The notes under the pieces were generated by a model, which had not been told where the DNA came from, ran no database searches, and was given only the letters and a program-made list of their open reading frames with translations. This document shows, one piece after another, positions 15,670 through 24,195 of a stretch of DNA of 32,000 bases (position 1 is the first letter of the stretch; every line of letters begins with the position of its first letter). Origin of the DNA: an uncultured Chloroflexia bacterium. Lineage in GTDB: Bacteria; Chloroflexota; Anaerolineae; Anaerolineales; Anaerolineaceae. The stretch lies in assembly GCA_963704755.1 (NCBI GenBank), contig OY969938.1:270001-302000 (forward strand), in the 5' to 3' direction. Position numbers and translations under genes: made by a program.

Positions 15670-16944
15670 ATGCAGGCAACGAATCAGAAGTTCTATGGAT
15701 GGACAGTTGTTTTTGCTACCGGATTTCTTTACGCAATCCTGGGTTCATTCGGCTTGACCGCAGCGCAGATCGTGATCCCAGTTATGGCTGTCGATCCTAC
15801 CGTTGCGATGAACCGGAGTATGCTTGGCCTTGGCTTCACCGTTTTTATTCTGATGCAGGGACTTCCCGGACCTCTAATCGGCCAACTGGTCGCGAAGAAG
15901 GGTGCTAAGACCTCTTTCATGTTTAGCGCGGGTATCATTATCGTCACAGGCATCCTGCTTGGACTGCTCTGTGGCATGAGCACGCTAGCTTATATCGTTC
16001 TTTTTGGCTTCGCTCTCAGCATCGGCAGCACTATGGGCGGGCAGATTGCCACGCAGACGACCATCAGCAATTGGTTTACACAGAAGCGCGGGCTGGCAAT
16101 GTCCGTCACGATGGGTTTCTCAGGCTTGATCTGCTTTGCCTTCCCGCTCATCACCAATGCAGTGGTTGGGGCCGGCAACTGGCAGATGGGTTTCTATCTC
16201 ATCTCAATCGTTGCCATTATCGCACTCATTGTTTCCGCGATTTTTATCAAAAACAAGCCCTCCGATCTTAACCAGGTGCCTGACGGCATTACCCAGGCAG
16301 CTCCTGGGCAGGCAGCCTCCATCCATGTATCTCCTGTGTACAAAACCACGGTGCATAAGACTTCAAAAGAGGCACTGAAGACGGTGGCGTTCTGGCTTAT
16401 TCTCATCACGTCGTTTAGCATTTTTGCTGCTCTGAACCTGGCGGTTTCCTCTGGCGTTCTCCACTTTACCGGGCTTGGCATTGACGCGACGACCGTAGCA
16501 GGCGCCGTTGCTGTGGAGGGTATCGCCGCTGTAGCGGTCAGCCTGCTGATCGCCCCCCTTGCCGATAAAATTGAACCGGTCCGTATCGCTGGTGTCTGCG
16601 CTCTGCTGACGACTATTGGAGCGTTTCTTGCTTTTACGAGCAGTACCGCCAGCGTTCCTGTGCTCTATTGCTACTATATTTTGCTCGGCATCGGCTTTGG
16701 CGGGAATGCCATCGTTATGCCAACTGCTTTTGCAAATTACTTTGGCTACACACATTTCCCAAAGATCATGGGCGCCGTTTTGCTGCTGCTGTCCGTTTTC
16801 TCCGCGTTGGTACCCACCATTGCCGGCGCTGTGTACGATGCCTCCGGCAGTTATGGACCGATGTTCCTCGTCATCACAATCGTTTGCCTGATTGGTACCT
16901 TGACCGCATTTTTGGTGCGCTTCCCGAAAAACGAGCACGTGTAA
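15670..16944 (+). CDS. MFS transporter (oxalate/formate-antiporter-like subfamily; subfamily call is low confidence)
   Basis: 424 aa with 12 predicted TM helices. N-terminus FYGWTVVFATGFLYAILGSFG is typical of OFA-type MFS. GAAGGAG SD lies upstream. The gap from the anchor gene is 22 nt. Confidence 0.8.
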   Translation: MQATNQKFYGWTVVFATGFLYAILGSFGLTAAQIVIPVMAVDPTVAMNRSMLGLGFTVFILMQGLPGPLIGQLVAKKGAKTSFMFSAGIIIVTGILLGLLCGMSTLAYIVLFGFALSIGSTMGGQIATQTTISNWFTQKRGLAMSVTMGFSGLICFAFPLITNAVVGAGNWQMGFYLISIVAIIALIVSAIFIKNKPSDLNQVPDGITQAAPGQAASIHVSPVYKTTVHKTSKEALKTVAFWLILITSFSIFAALNLAVSSGVLHFTGLGIDATTVAGAVAVEGIAAVAVSLLIAPLADKIEPVRIAGVCALLTTIGAFLAFTSSTASVPVLYCYYILLGIGFGGNAIVMPTAFANYFGYTHFPKIMGAVLLLLSVFSALVPTIAGAVYDASGSYGPMFLVITIVCLIGTLTAFLVRFPKNEHV

Positions 16945-17004
16945 TACAGCAGGTGTAACCGAGCACAGTTTATCCCCGTCAGTATATATCCCCTACTGAC
17001 AAAA

Positions 17005-17045
17005 ACAAAAAAGTGGAGATCGACCGTTGATCTCCACTTTTTTGT
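17005..17045. terminator. Bidirectional intrinsic terminator between convergent MFS and ABC-2 permease genes
   Basis: ACAAAAAAGTGGAGATC-gaccgtt-GATCTCCACTTTTTTGT. Confidence 0.85.
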
Positions 17046-17105
17046 CACTTACAAATTCTACACAGATAAAACTGGGTTTCTGGTTAGCCTGGTGACCAGG
17101 CTCTT

Positions 17106-18110
17106 TCAGGCTCGAATTTCGCGCCTTTGGAACATGATATAACCTACCACAAACAACAAGATTGTGATCGCAATCAGGCCGGTCAGTTGCGGCCAGACCA
17201 GTGCCAGGCTTTGGCCAAAAGGCAGCGGTGTGCCTAGAACGGCCCCTTCCAACTGTACCGGCAGCACAATGCCCAGCGAACGGACGGTTGGCTGCAGCAT
17301 GGCTACCATCACTTCCTCATAGAGCACGTTAGGCGATATCCTTGATATGGTGATTTGGGCCTGGGTCTGGTTGATGATCTCCTGGGTAGTACCAAACTGT
17401 ACCGGGGACAACGTTTGAGCCAGCAAGGTTGCAATGATATTCCAGAAGATCGTAAAGAACAGCCAGACCGCGATCGAAGCCAACGCCGCGGTAGCGGCCG
17501 AACGAAAGATGATAGAAAACATCATCGCCATTGCCAGCCATATTCCACCATAGAATATGGTTGCCAGGAGAAACAACAAACTTCGCGCGACTTCGTCGCC
17601 GGTGGGCGGTACGCCCAACCCCAACAGGCCGGCGCCGATGATCAGCAGCCAGATGGCTGTGAAGGCCAGCGCCTGGGTGAAGAAAGCCGCCAGGAATTTG
17701 CCTAATAAAAGTGCATCGCGGTAGATTGGTTGCGCCAGCAGCCGGGACATGGTCGAGCGCTGGAATTCGCCGTTAACCGAATCAAAAGTCAGTGCGATAG
17801 CGATCAACGGAACCAAAAATACCAGAAACTGCACAAAAGGCGGAAGAGGATCTTTGGATGTAGTAAATAACTGTAAGAACAGGAACTGGTTGTTGCTGGT
17901 ATTGCTGGAAATTGAAGAGACAGCGGTAAAAACAGTGCCTCCCGCGGTCAGCAAGATCAAGATTTCCAGGATTTCCATGCGGACACTGGTCAGGTGATCG
18001 GCCATTTCCTTGGCGACAACTGCCCATAATCCCGTCCATGGAGACCCTTCACGTTCGATTTTTTTTGTGGGAACTCGCCCGGCTCGCAATGCGCGGCTAT
18101 CCTCTGGCAT
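17106..18110 (-). CDS. ABC-2 family transporter permease
   Basis: Six or more TM helices. N-terminus [26 protein letters not shown] is typical of ABC-2/NosY-like permeases. I chose ATG 18110 (MPEDS...), preceded by GGAGGTGGAGC. It overlaps the ATPase stop by 14 nt. The track start is 18149. Confidence 0.8.
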   Translation of the reverse strand: MPEDSRALRAGRVPTKKIEREGSPWTGLWAVVAKEMADHLTSVRMEILEILILLTAGGTVFTAVSSISSNTSNNQFLFLQLFTTSKDPLPPFVQFLVFLVPLIAIALTFDSVNGEFQRSTMSRLLAQPIYRDALLLGKFLAAFFTQALAFTAIWLLIIGAGLLGLGVPPTGDEVARSLLFLLATIFYGGIWLAMAMMFSIIFRSAATAALASIAVWLFFTIFWNIIATLLAQTLSPVQFGTTQEIINQTQAQITISRISPNVLYEEVMVAMLQPTVRSLGIVLPVQLEGAVLGTPLPFGQSLALVWPQLTGLIAITILLFVVGYIMFQRREIRA

Positions 18111-19044
18111 GCTCCACCTCCTGGAAATAATGGGCATAGATATCCTCAAGGCTTTGGGTTTCGACCTCGAGGTTGTAAAGCTTTCCGCCGTTCTGGATGA
18201 CCTTCGCGGCTGCCTCGGCGCGTAAATCGCCTTTCGCCTCGATTTCGAACAAGCGCGAAGTCAGCGATTTGACTTTGATCGCACCCGGCAACTCCTGCAA
18301 ACCACTCAGAATGACTGCCGGGTCCCCTTCTACCTCAAGCCGGATCCGGTACGCTCCTCCCAGGACCTTGTGGGCCAGGGATTCAACCGTACCGACCAAG
18401 ACCAGTTTACCCTTATGGAACAGCCCGACCCGATCACAAACCTCCTGAACCTGGTGCAGCAAGTGCGAGGAAAGCAGAATCGTAATGTTTTCACTGCGCA
18501 GCGCGCGGATCATATCCAGGAATTCACGGGCACCTTCAGGGTCCAGACCCTGGGTAGGCTCATCCATGATGATCAATTCCGGGTTCTTGATCAGTACATC
18601 GGCCACGCCCAGGCGCTGGCGCATACCTCGTGAGAAAGTCCGCACCTGGTGGTCGGCCACATCGGTCAGCACCACCCGCTCGAGCGCTTTATCGATCCGC
18701 CGGTGAGCTTCTTCGCGAGAAAGGCTGTTCAACCTGGCCGTAAAAATGAGGTTTTCGTAAGCGGAAAGTTCATCGTAAAACCCGACCTGGTCGGGCAGGT
18801 ACCCGACCCGCGATTTTACCTTTAAAGGTTGGCGGGCAGGGTCGTAACCAAGTACCTTAGCTTTTCCTGAAGTCCGATCGGTCAAACCCATGAGCATCAG
18901 GATAGTCGTCGTTTTGCCGGCTCCATTCGGGCCAAGCAAGCCAAAGACTTCACCTTGACTGACAGTCAAATTTAAATGATCGACTGCGGTCATTTTCTCA
19001 TATCTCTTTGTGAGCCCGTCGGTTTCGATGACAATAGGTTTCAC
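18097..19044 (-). CDS. ABC transporter ATP-binding protein (ABC-2/CcmA-type with a C-terminal DUF4162-like extension)
   Basis: Walker [11 protein letters not shown]-loop, signature [15 protein letters not shown], Walker [14 protein letters not shown]-loop SSHLL. A C-terminal domain of about 90 aa follows. Confidence 0.9.
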   Translation of the reverse strand: MKPIVIETDGLTKRYEKMTAVDHLNLTVSQGEVFGLLGPNGAGKTTTILMLMGLTDRTSGKAKVLGYDPARQPLKVKSRVGYLPDQVGFYDELSAYENLIFTARLNSLSREEAHRRIDKALERVVLTDVADHQVRTFSRGMRQRLGVADVLIKNPELIIMDEPTQGLDPEGAREFLDMIRALRSENITILLSSHLLHQVQEVCDRVGLFHKGKLVLVGTVESLAHKVLGGAYRIRLEVEGDPAVILSGLQELPGAIKVKSLTSRLFEIEAKGDLRAEAAAKVIQNGGKLYNLEVETQSLEDIYAHYFQEVEHARG

Positions 19045-19065
19045 AGCGCAACCTCCTTTCCAGGT

Positions 19066-20247
19066 TTAGCGTCTGCCAAACCGCATGACTGCAAGCGCGA
19101 CAACTCCGACAGAAATAGCAATTAAGACGATTCCAACGATGCCCCATAAGGTAGATGTCACAACCGTGATACGAAAATTCGTCGATTGGCTCGACACATC
19201 GGTGGCCTGGGCATTGATCGTGATTTGATAGTCTCCGGAAATAGCCTTGTCACTCGGGTGAATCGTGGCGGTAACGTTGGTTTGCTGCCCGGCGGGGATC
19301 TGATCGATGGTGGCCGGATTGAATGTCACCGTCCAATCGGTGGGAGCCGAAGAGGTTAACTGCACATTATTTGCGGGGGCGCTGCCGGTATTGGAAACTT
19401 GCAGGGTAATGGTGGTGTCTTTGCCCAGGGTCGCATTCCCTGAAAGCAAGCCGTCTGCCGTGCTGATACTGAGGGTCGCCTGGCCGGTAACCGTAGCGGT
19501 CAATGGCAGGTCGGCAGAGGCGTCATTGGCAGTCGCGTGGACCACGATAGGGTAGTCGCCAGCCGGGAGGTTATTGACCGGGGTAGCTACGATCGATATC
19601 GACTTGGAATCATTGGCCGCCAGGGGGATACTGGTCACATCCTGACCGCTCAGTGAATAGCTCATCGTCAAGTTGGAATTCGCATCGGCGCTTAAGTCAA
19701 CGGTTAAATCTTCATCACCTTCGTTTTGCAGGGTGGCTGTATACCGGAACGTTGTGGAAGGGCTGCCAATGATGGTCGGCAAGTCGATACTCCAGCTCAA
19801 TTTCGGGGGAACTTTTTGCTGAACGGTTACGTTGACCGGCAAAGTAGTGGTTTTGCCGTTTAGTTTTGCCTGCACCATGAAATTGTATTTTCCCGCCGTG
19901 ACGCTATCCGGGGGGATGAGGTGTAAATCCACGGAGGATTCGACCCCATTATTGATGTAAACGGAATCGACGATATTCCCACCGCCGTAGAAAGTAGCCG
20001 TCCACCCATCCGGGATCGTGGGCACAGTCAAATCGGCGACACCTGTGTCACCACCGCCATCGATCTTGAGCGTAATACTCAAGGTTTGTCCCACGCCAAT
20101 CGTCTGGCTGGGGTAGGTCGTGTAAATCTCAAACGGGAGAACCGGCGTTGTAGGTGTTTCCGATTGAGCAAAAGCCAGGGTTGGCATCATAAGGCCAATC
20201 GTCAAGGCGCACACGGCACTGAACACAGACAACAATTTCTTTCTCAT
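19066..20247 (-). CDS. Secreted, C-terminally membrane-anchored protein with three NEW3/CARDB-like Ig-fold repeats (COG1470-like)
   Basis: ATG 20247 gives MRKKLLSVFSAVCALTIGLMMPTLAFAQ, a signal peptide, with GGAGGGAG SD upstream. Three repeats of about 110 aa each contain a P-x-GW-T-x-TF / AG-x-Y motif (IPDGWTATF...AGKYNF; LPAGDYPI; APTDWTVTF...SGDYQI). The C-terminal TM is LWGIVGIVLIAISVGVVALAVMRFGRR. The track start 20394 adds 49 implausible residues. Confidence 0.75.
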   Translation of the reverse strand: MRKKLLSVFSAVCALTIGLMMPTLAFAQSETPTTPVLPFEIYTTYPSQTIGVGQTLSITLKIDGGGDTGVADLTVPTIPDGWTATFYGGGNIVDSVYINNGVESSVDLHLIPPDSVTAGKYNFMVQAKLNGKTTTLPVNVTVQQKVPPKLSWSIDLPTIIGSPSTTFRYTATLQNEGDEDLTVDLSADANSNLTMSYSLSGQDVTSIPLAANDSKSISIVATPVNNLPAGDYPIVVHATANDASADLPLTATVTGQATLSISTADGLLSGNATLGKDTTITLQVSNTGSAPANNVQLTSSAPTDWTVTFNPATIDQIPAGQQTNVTATIHPSDKAISGDYQITINAQATDVSSQSTNFRITVVTSTLWGIVGIVLIAISVGVVALAVMRFGRR

Positions 20248-20500
20248 ACTCCCTCCAAGGGCACTGGAATGATTTGATCGATGAGGATTAATAAAAAACT
20301 CATCCAGGCATACATGGTAGTCTCCTCCCCTCTTTTTTTCTTTATAGGATCTATATGCAAACATTAAGAAATCCTTAAGCCGGCTGCCCTTCATTCACTC
20401 AGCTCACCCCGCTTTTCCAAGAAAATTTCCTTAAGAAACATATTTTCTGGGCCGCAATTCAATCTTTTATGTAACTTATCAAGCTTCGGATAAAATGCCC

Positions 20501-20553
20501 CCAGGATTGGGGTGTATGCGGGAGCGAAGCTCCCGCATACACCCCAATCCTGG
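20501..20553. repeat. Perfect 25-bp-stem palindrome with a 3-nt loop in the divergent promoter region upstream of lhgO
   Basis: CCAGGATTGGGGTGTATGCGGGAGC-GAA-GCTCCCGCATACACCCCAATCCTGG. Confidence 0.9.
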
Positions 20554-20719
20554 ATTTCTTACCCGTTAGGCTGAACAATGACTTTTTTCACAATTACAAT
20601 TCGGGCGTTTGAGCGCGGTAAAATTGATTCGGTATCTGTCAGGTTGTTGTATAATTTCGATTGTAATTATCCTGTTAAATGTGCTGTATTTTTTATGACT
20701 CACTGCGAGGGACATCATT

Positions 20720-21937
20720 ATGGACACGAAGAGTTTTGACGTAGCGATCATCGGAGGTGGGATCGTTGGTATGGCAACCGCTATGGCCCTGTCGAACCAG
20801 ACAAAAGCATCCGTGGTTGTGCTTGAAGCTGAAAACCGCCTGGCCGCCCACCAAACCGGCAACAACAGTGGCGTAATCCATTCCGGGATCTATTACAAAC
20901 CCGGGTCTCTGAAGGCGCGCAATTGTGTAGAAGGCCGCCTGGCATTGTATGACTTTTGCGAAAAATACGATATTCCCCACGACAGGTGCGGCAAATTGAT
21001 CGTGGCCACCAAACCGGAGGAAATTCCGGCCCTGGATAAGCTCGAAAAAAGGGGGCTTGAAAACGGCCTGGACGGGATCAAGCGCCTGACGGCCGAAGAA
21101 ATTAACGAATACGAACCCCATACCCGTGGCGTTTCGGGCCTGCACGTGCCTCAGACCGGGATCGTCGATTACCTGGGCGTCGTCAATAAATATGCCGAAA
21201 TCTTCAAATCAAATGGCGGTGAGATCCGCACCAATTCCCGCATGACGTCCCTTTCTCATTCAGGAAAAGAATTGGTCATCGAAACTGCCTCTGGCCCGGT
21301 TCAGGCCCGGGCGTTGGTCAATTGCGGCGGCCTCCAATCCGATCGCATTGCCAAAAAGTGTGGCGTAAATCCCGGCTTACAAATCGTACCTTTCCGAGGT
21401 GAATATTTCGATATTGTCCCGGAGAAACGCTACCTGGTAAACAACTTGATTTATCCTGTTCCAGATGTGCGTTTTCCCTTCCTGGGCGTCCATTTTACCC
21501 GCCGGATTACTGGCAGCATCGAAGCCGGCCCCAATGCCGTTCTGGCTTTCAAACGCGAGGGCTACAAGATGTCCTCTATTTCAGTCGGCGATGTGCTGAC
21601 ATATCTCACCTATATTGGTTTCTGGCGGATGGGTTTGAAGTATTGGAAAACCGGTTTTGGTGAATTCTATCGTTCGTTTTTCAAGCGCGCCTTTGTACAG
21701 GCCTTACAGGTATTGGTGCCTGAATTGAGCCTCGATGACGTTAATCGCAGCGGTGCGGGGGTTCGGGCCCAGGCCCTGGAGCCAGATGGGGCTTTATCGG
21801 ACGATTTCCGCATCGTTGAGGCGAAAAAGATGATCCATGTATTAAATGCACCCTCTCCGGCAGCTACAGCTTCGATCAGCATCGGCAAATCTATCGCCGA
21901 AATGGCAGCCCAACGGTTTGAGCTAAGCCTGAAATAA
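20720..21937 (+). CDS. lhgO: L-2-hydroxyglutarate oxidase/dehydrogenase (FAD-dependent)
   Basis: N-terminal FAD fold FDVAIIGGGIVGMATAMAL. There are long collinear matches to my recollection of E. coli LhgO (HQTGNNSGVIHSGIYYKPGSLKA, PFRGEYF, LIYPVPD..FPFLGVHFTR, GPNAVLAFKREGY, GVRAQAL, NAPSPAATAS). GAGGGA SD lies upstream. Confidence 0.88.
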   Translation: MDTKSFDVAIIGGGIVGMATAMALSNQTKASVVVLEAENRLAAHQTGNNSGVIHSGIYYKPGSLKARNCVEGRLALYDFCEKYDIPHDRCGKLIVATKPEEIPALDKLEKRGLENGLDGIKRLTAEEINEYEPHTRGVSGLHVPQTGIVDYLGVVNKYAEIFKSNGGEIRTNSRMTSLSHSGKELVIETASGPVQARALVNCGGLQSDRIAKKCGVNPGLQIVPFRGEYFDIVPEKRYLVNNLIYPVPDVRFPFLGVHFTRRITGSIEAGPNAVLAFKREGYKMSSISVGDVLTYLTYIGFWRMGLKYWKTGFGEFYRSFFKRAFVQALQVLVPELSLDDVNRSGAGVRAQALEPDGALSDDFRIVEAKKMIHVLNAPSPAATASISIGKSIAEMAAQRFELSLK

Positions 21938-21955
21938 ATCGTTTCAGGGTACTCT

Positions 21956-22001
21956 AAAAAAAAGTGTATGCGGAGGCAAAACCTCCGCATACACTTTTTT
22001 A
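21956..22001. terminator. Intrinsic terminator after lhgO; its stem core is related to the palindrome at 20501-20553
   Basis: AAAAAAAAGTGTATGCGGAGG-caaaa-CCTCCGCATACACTTTTTTAT. Confidence 0.85.
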
Positions 22002-22068
22002 TTCATAGCTTTATAAGAGCCTGGGTTGCGCCATTTTTTCTGCTAACGGAGAGCAGACTTTTTAGGGA

Positions 22069-22077
22069 TGTTATAAT
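22069..22077 (+). promoter_or_regulatory. Extended -10 promoter element for the aldo-keto reductase gene
   Basis: TGtTATAAT lies about 60 nt upstream of ATG 22138. I saw no convincing -35 element. Confidence 0.4.
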
Positions 22078-22137
22078 TTCGGGTTGGTTGTCAGAATAAA
22101 CAATCCGGATGACCAAAATTTATGCTTGGAGAAAACA

Positions 22138-23109
22138 ATGGAATATCGACGCTTAGGAAAATCCGGCTTAAAGTTGAGTGCATTATCCCTGGGTGCCTGG
22201 ATCACTTATGGTGGCCAGGTCGGGGAAGACATCGCCGAAAAATGTATGGTGGCGGCTTACGAAGCTGGGGTGAACTTTTTCGATAACGCCGAGGCCTATG
22301 CCAATGGCCAGGCCGAAATCGTTATGGGTAATGTGATTAAAAAATTAGCTTGGCGCCGCGAGGATATCATCGTCTCGACCAAGTTATTCTGGGGCGGCAA
22401 AGGTGTGAACGACCGTGGTCTTTCGCACAAACACTTGCTCGAGGGGATCAACAATTCGCTGCGGCGTCTGCAATTGGATTACGTCGATTTGCTGTTCTGC
22501 CACCGGCCTGATCCCGAAACGCCTATCGAAGAGACCGTTCGCGCGATGGATATCATCGTCAAACAAGGCAAAGCTTTCTACTGGGGTACTTCCGAATGGT
22601 CCGCCGCAGAAATTTTACGCGCCGACGCAATTGCCCGCCAGTACAATCTCACTCCTCCGGTTATGGAACAACCTCAATACAACATGCTCGAACGTGAGCG
22701 CTTCGAACGTGAATATAGTCCCGTTTACCGCGAACTGGGGTACGGCACAACCATTTGGAGCCCACTGGCCTCTGGCCTGCTTTCCGGAAAGTATAACAAT
22801 GGCGTTCCGGAAGGAAGCCGCGCCTCGATTACGACCATGGAATGGCTGCGCAATAGCATGCTGCAGGAACAGAAGATCGAAAAAGTGCGTAAGTTGGTCC
22901 CGATTTCCAAAGAAATTGGCTGTAGCATGGCTCAAATGGCCCTGGCCTGGTGTTTGAAAAACCCAAACGTCAGCACGGTCATCACCGGGGCTTCCCGCCC
23001 GGAACAGGTGGTCGAGAATATGAAAGCTCTGGAAGTGGTAGAAAAACTGACCCCGGATGTGATGGAAGAGATCGAAAAAGCGCTCGACAACAAACCTTCG
23101 CTGGAATAG
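22138..23109 (+). CDS. Aldo/keto reductase, Kv-channel beta-subunit-like (AKR6-like) NADPH oxidoreductase
   Basis: [39 protein letters not shown] (catalytic Asp/Tyr), STKLFWG (Lys), LLFCHRPD (His), [24 protein letters not shown] 22138 has GGAG 7 nt upstream. The track start 22084 is a non-ATG extension. Confidence 0.9.
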   Translation: MEYRRLGKSGLKLSALSLGAWITYGGQVGEDIAEKCMVAAYEAGVNFFDNAEAYANGQAEIVMGNVIKKLAWRREDIIVSTKLFWGGKGVNDRGLSHKHLLEGINNSLRRLQLDYVDLLFCHRPDPETPIEETVRAMDIIVKQGKAFYWGTSEWSAAEILRADAIARQYNLTPPVMEQPQYNMLERERFEREYSPVYRELGYGTTIWSPLASGLLSGKYNNGVPEGSRASITTMEWLRNSMLQEQKIEKVRKLVPISKEIGCSMAQMALAWCLKNPNVSTVITGASRPEQVVENMKALEVVEKLTPDVMEEIEKALDNKPSLE

Positions 23110-23301
23110 TTTGATAAAAAGCCATCCGGCCGTTCCGGAGTAAAAATCTCCTGGTCTGGCTGGGACAATAACCATTCGTAACTACTCAGCTGTCGCAGAT
23201 GAACAGCAATAAATACACCCTCCACTTGTGAACTTGCTCGAGCAGCCACAAAAAATGGTAATGCCTACGCTATGAAGGCTGAGCAGTTATAACAATTAAA
23301 T

Positions 23302-23343
23302 AAAAAGGCCGGCCGTGGATTTCACCCAACGGCCGGCCTTTTT
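23302..23343. terminator. Bidirectional intrinsic terminator
   Basis: AAAAAGGCCGGCCGT-ggatttcaccca-ACGGCCGGCCTTTTT. Confidence 0.85.
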
Positions 23344-23376
23344 ATTTCCTCAATGCTTTCAGGAGCCAATCTTGCT

Positions 23377-24189
23377 TTAGACCAAAACTTCTTCCGGGAC
23401 GCGCATGGTCTGGTTGGCTTTGATCAAATCCGCAGGAATATCAAAGACCAGTTCGGCACCGGTCATCTGGCGTACGTAGTTTTTGACCACCTTATCCCAA
23501 TACTTTTTGGTGATGTAATATACACGGGCACCGCCCAGCTCGTGCTGATATTCGGGCCATGGGTAGCTCGGTTGGGCCATGCCGACCCCCCAGCGTTTCC
23601 AGCCGTTGTAACTTTCGTAGGTTGCCCACCATTCCTTGTTGCCCAGGATTTCAAAGCCATAATAAGCTTTGGCATAATACATAATCGCGCCTACCCGGCC
23701 TCCGCGCAGCAGCGCCATGGTATGCAGGCTGATATTAATATCCTCGCTCATCAAACGGCCGTTGGCAAACCCGGCCCACAGCCCATCGATCAATCCAACC
23801 AGGGTATAGGGATCCTTCAGGCGCTTGCGATACCAGCCCAGGATCTCGGCCAGAACCCGCGCTCCGACGATATCGTAAAAGTCGTGGTCAGCCTCAATGA
23901 CTTTTTTCATATACTCCATCATCATGGGCGCTTCTTCCAGCCTGGCTTCACGGATGTACATTTTACGGCCATCCTTGAGCGTCACCATCGCCCCTGGCCA
24001 GGGTTTGAGATCCATTGGCGGAGCCTGCAAAATAGGCTCGATTTCTTCCACATCGAAAGTAAGTTTGGATTCGGATACTTTTTCAGGTGTTTCGAGTTCG
24101 CATGGTAATCCCTCCCGTAAAAGATTTGGTTGTTCGATTAGAGGCTTGATTCGGGAGGGGTGAACTCCCAAACCAAAACATGGAACCAA
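23377..24189 (-). CDS. Hypothetical protein, possibly a GNAT-fold acyltransferase; start uncertain
   Basis: The body KMYIREARLEEAPMMMEYMKKVIE...LVGLIDGLWAGFANG...LLRGGRVGAIMYYAKAYYGFEILG resembles the GNAT beta1/alpha1 and beta4/alpha3 (acyl-CoA loop) layout. The track start 24189 is TTG with no SD. A perfect GGGAGGG-6nt-ATG at 24103 is out of frame by one base (see findings). Confidence 0.45.
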   Translation of the reverse strand: MVPCFGLGVHPSRIKPLIEQPNLLREGLPCELETPEKVSESKLTFDVEEIEPILQAPPMDLKPWPGAMVTLKDGRKMYIREARLEEAPMMMEYMKKVIEADHDFYDIVGARVLAEILGWYRKRLKDPYTLVGLIDGLWAGFANGRLMSEDINISLHTMALLRGGRVGAIMYYAKAYYGFEILGNKEWWATYESYNGWKRWGVGMAQPSYPWPEYQHELGGARVYYITKKYWDKVVKNYVRQMTGAELVFDIPADLIKANQTMRVPEEVLV

Positions 24190-24195
24190 AACTGT

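Noticed and set aside
20566-21145. Minus-strand ORFs 20566-20865 (99 aa) and 20693-21145 (150 aa) near the lhgO start
   Set aside because: They overlap the lhgO promoter and coding region, which has very strong family similarity on the plus strand. They have no start context.
23353-24108. 251-aa plus-strand ORF antisense to the GNAT-like gene
   Set aside because: Its composition (many H/F/Q/P, no motifs) looks like antisense noise. It would start inside the bidirectional terminator region. The minus-strand frame gives a protein-like sequence ending just before that terminator.
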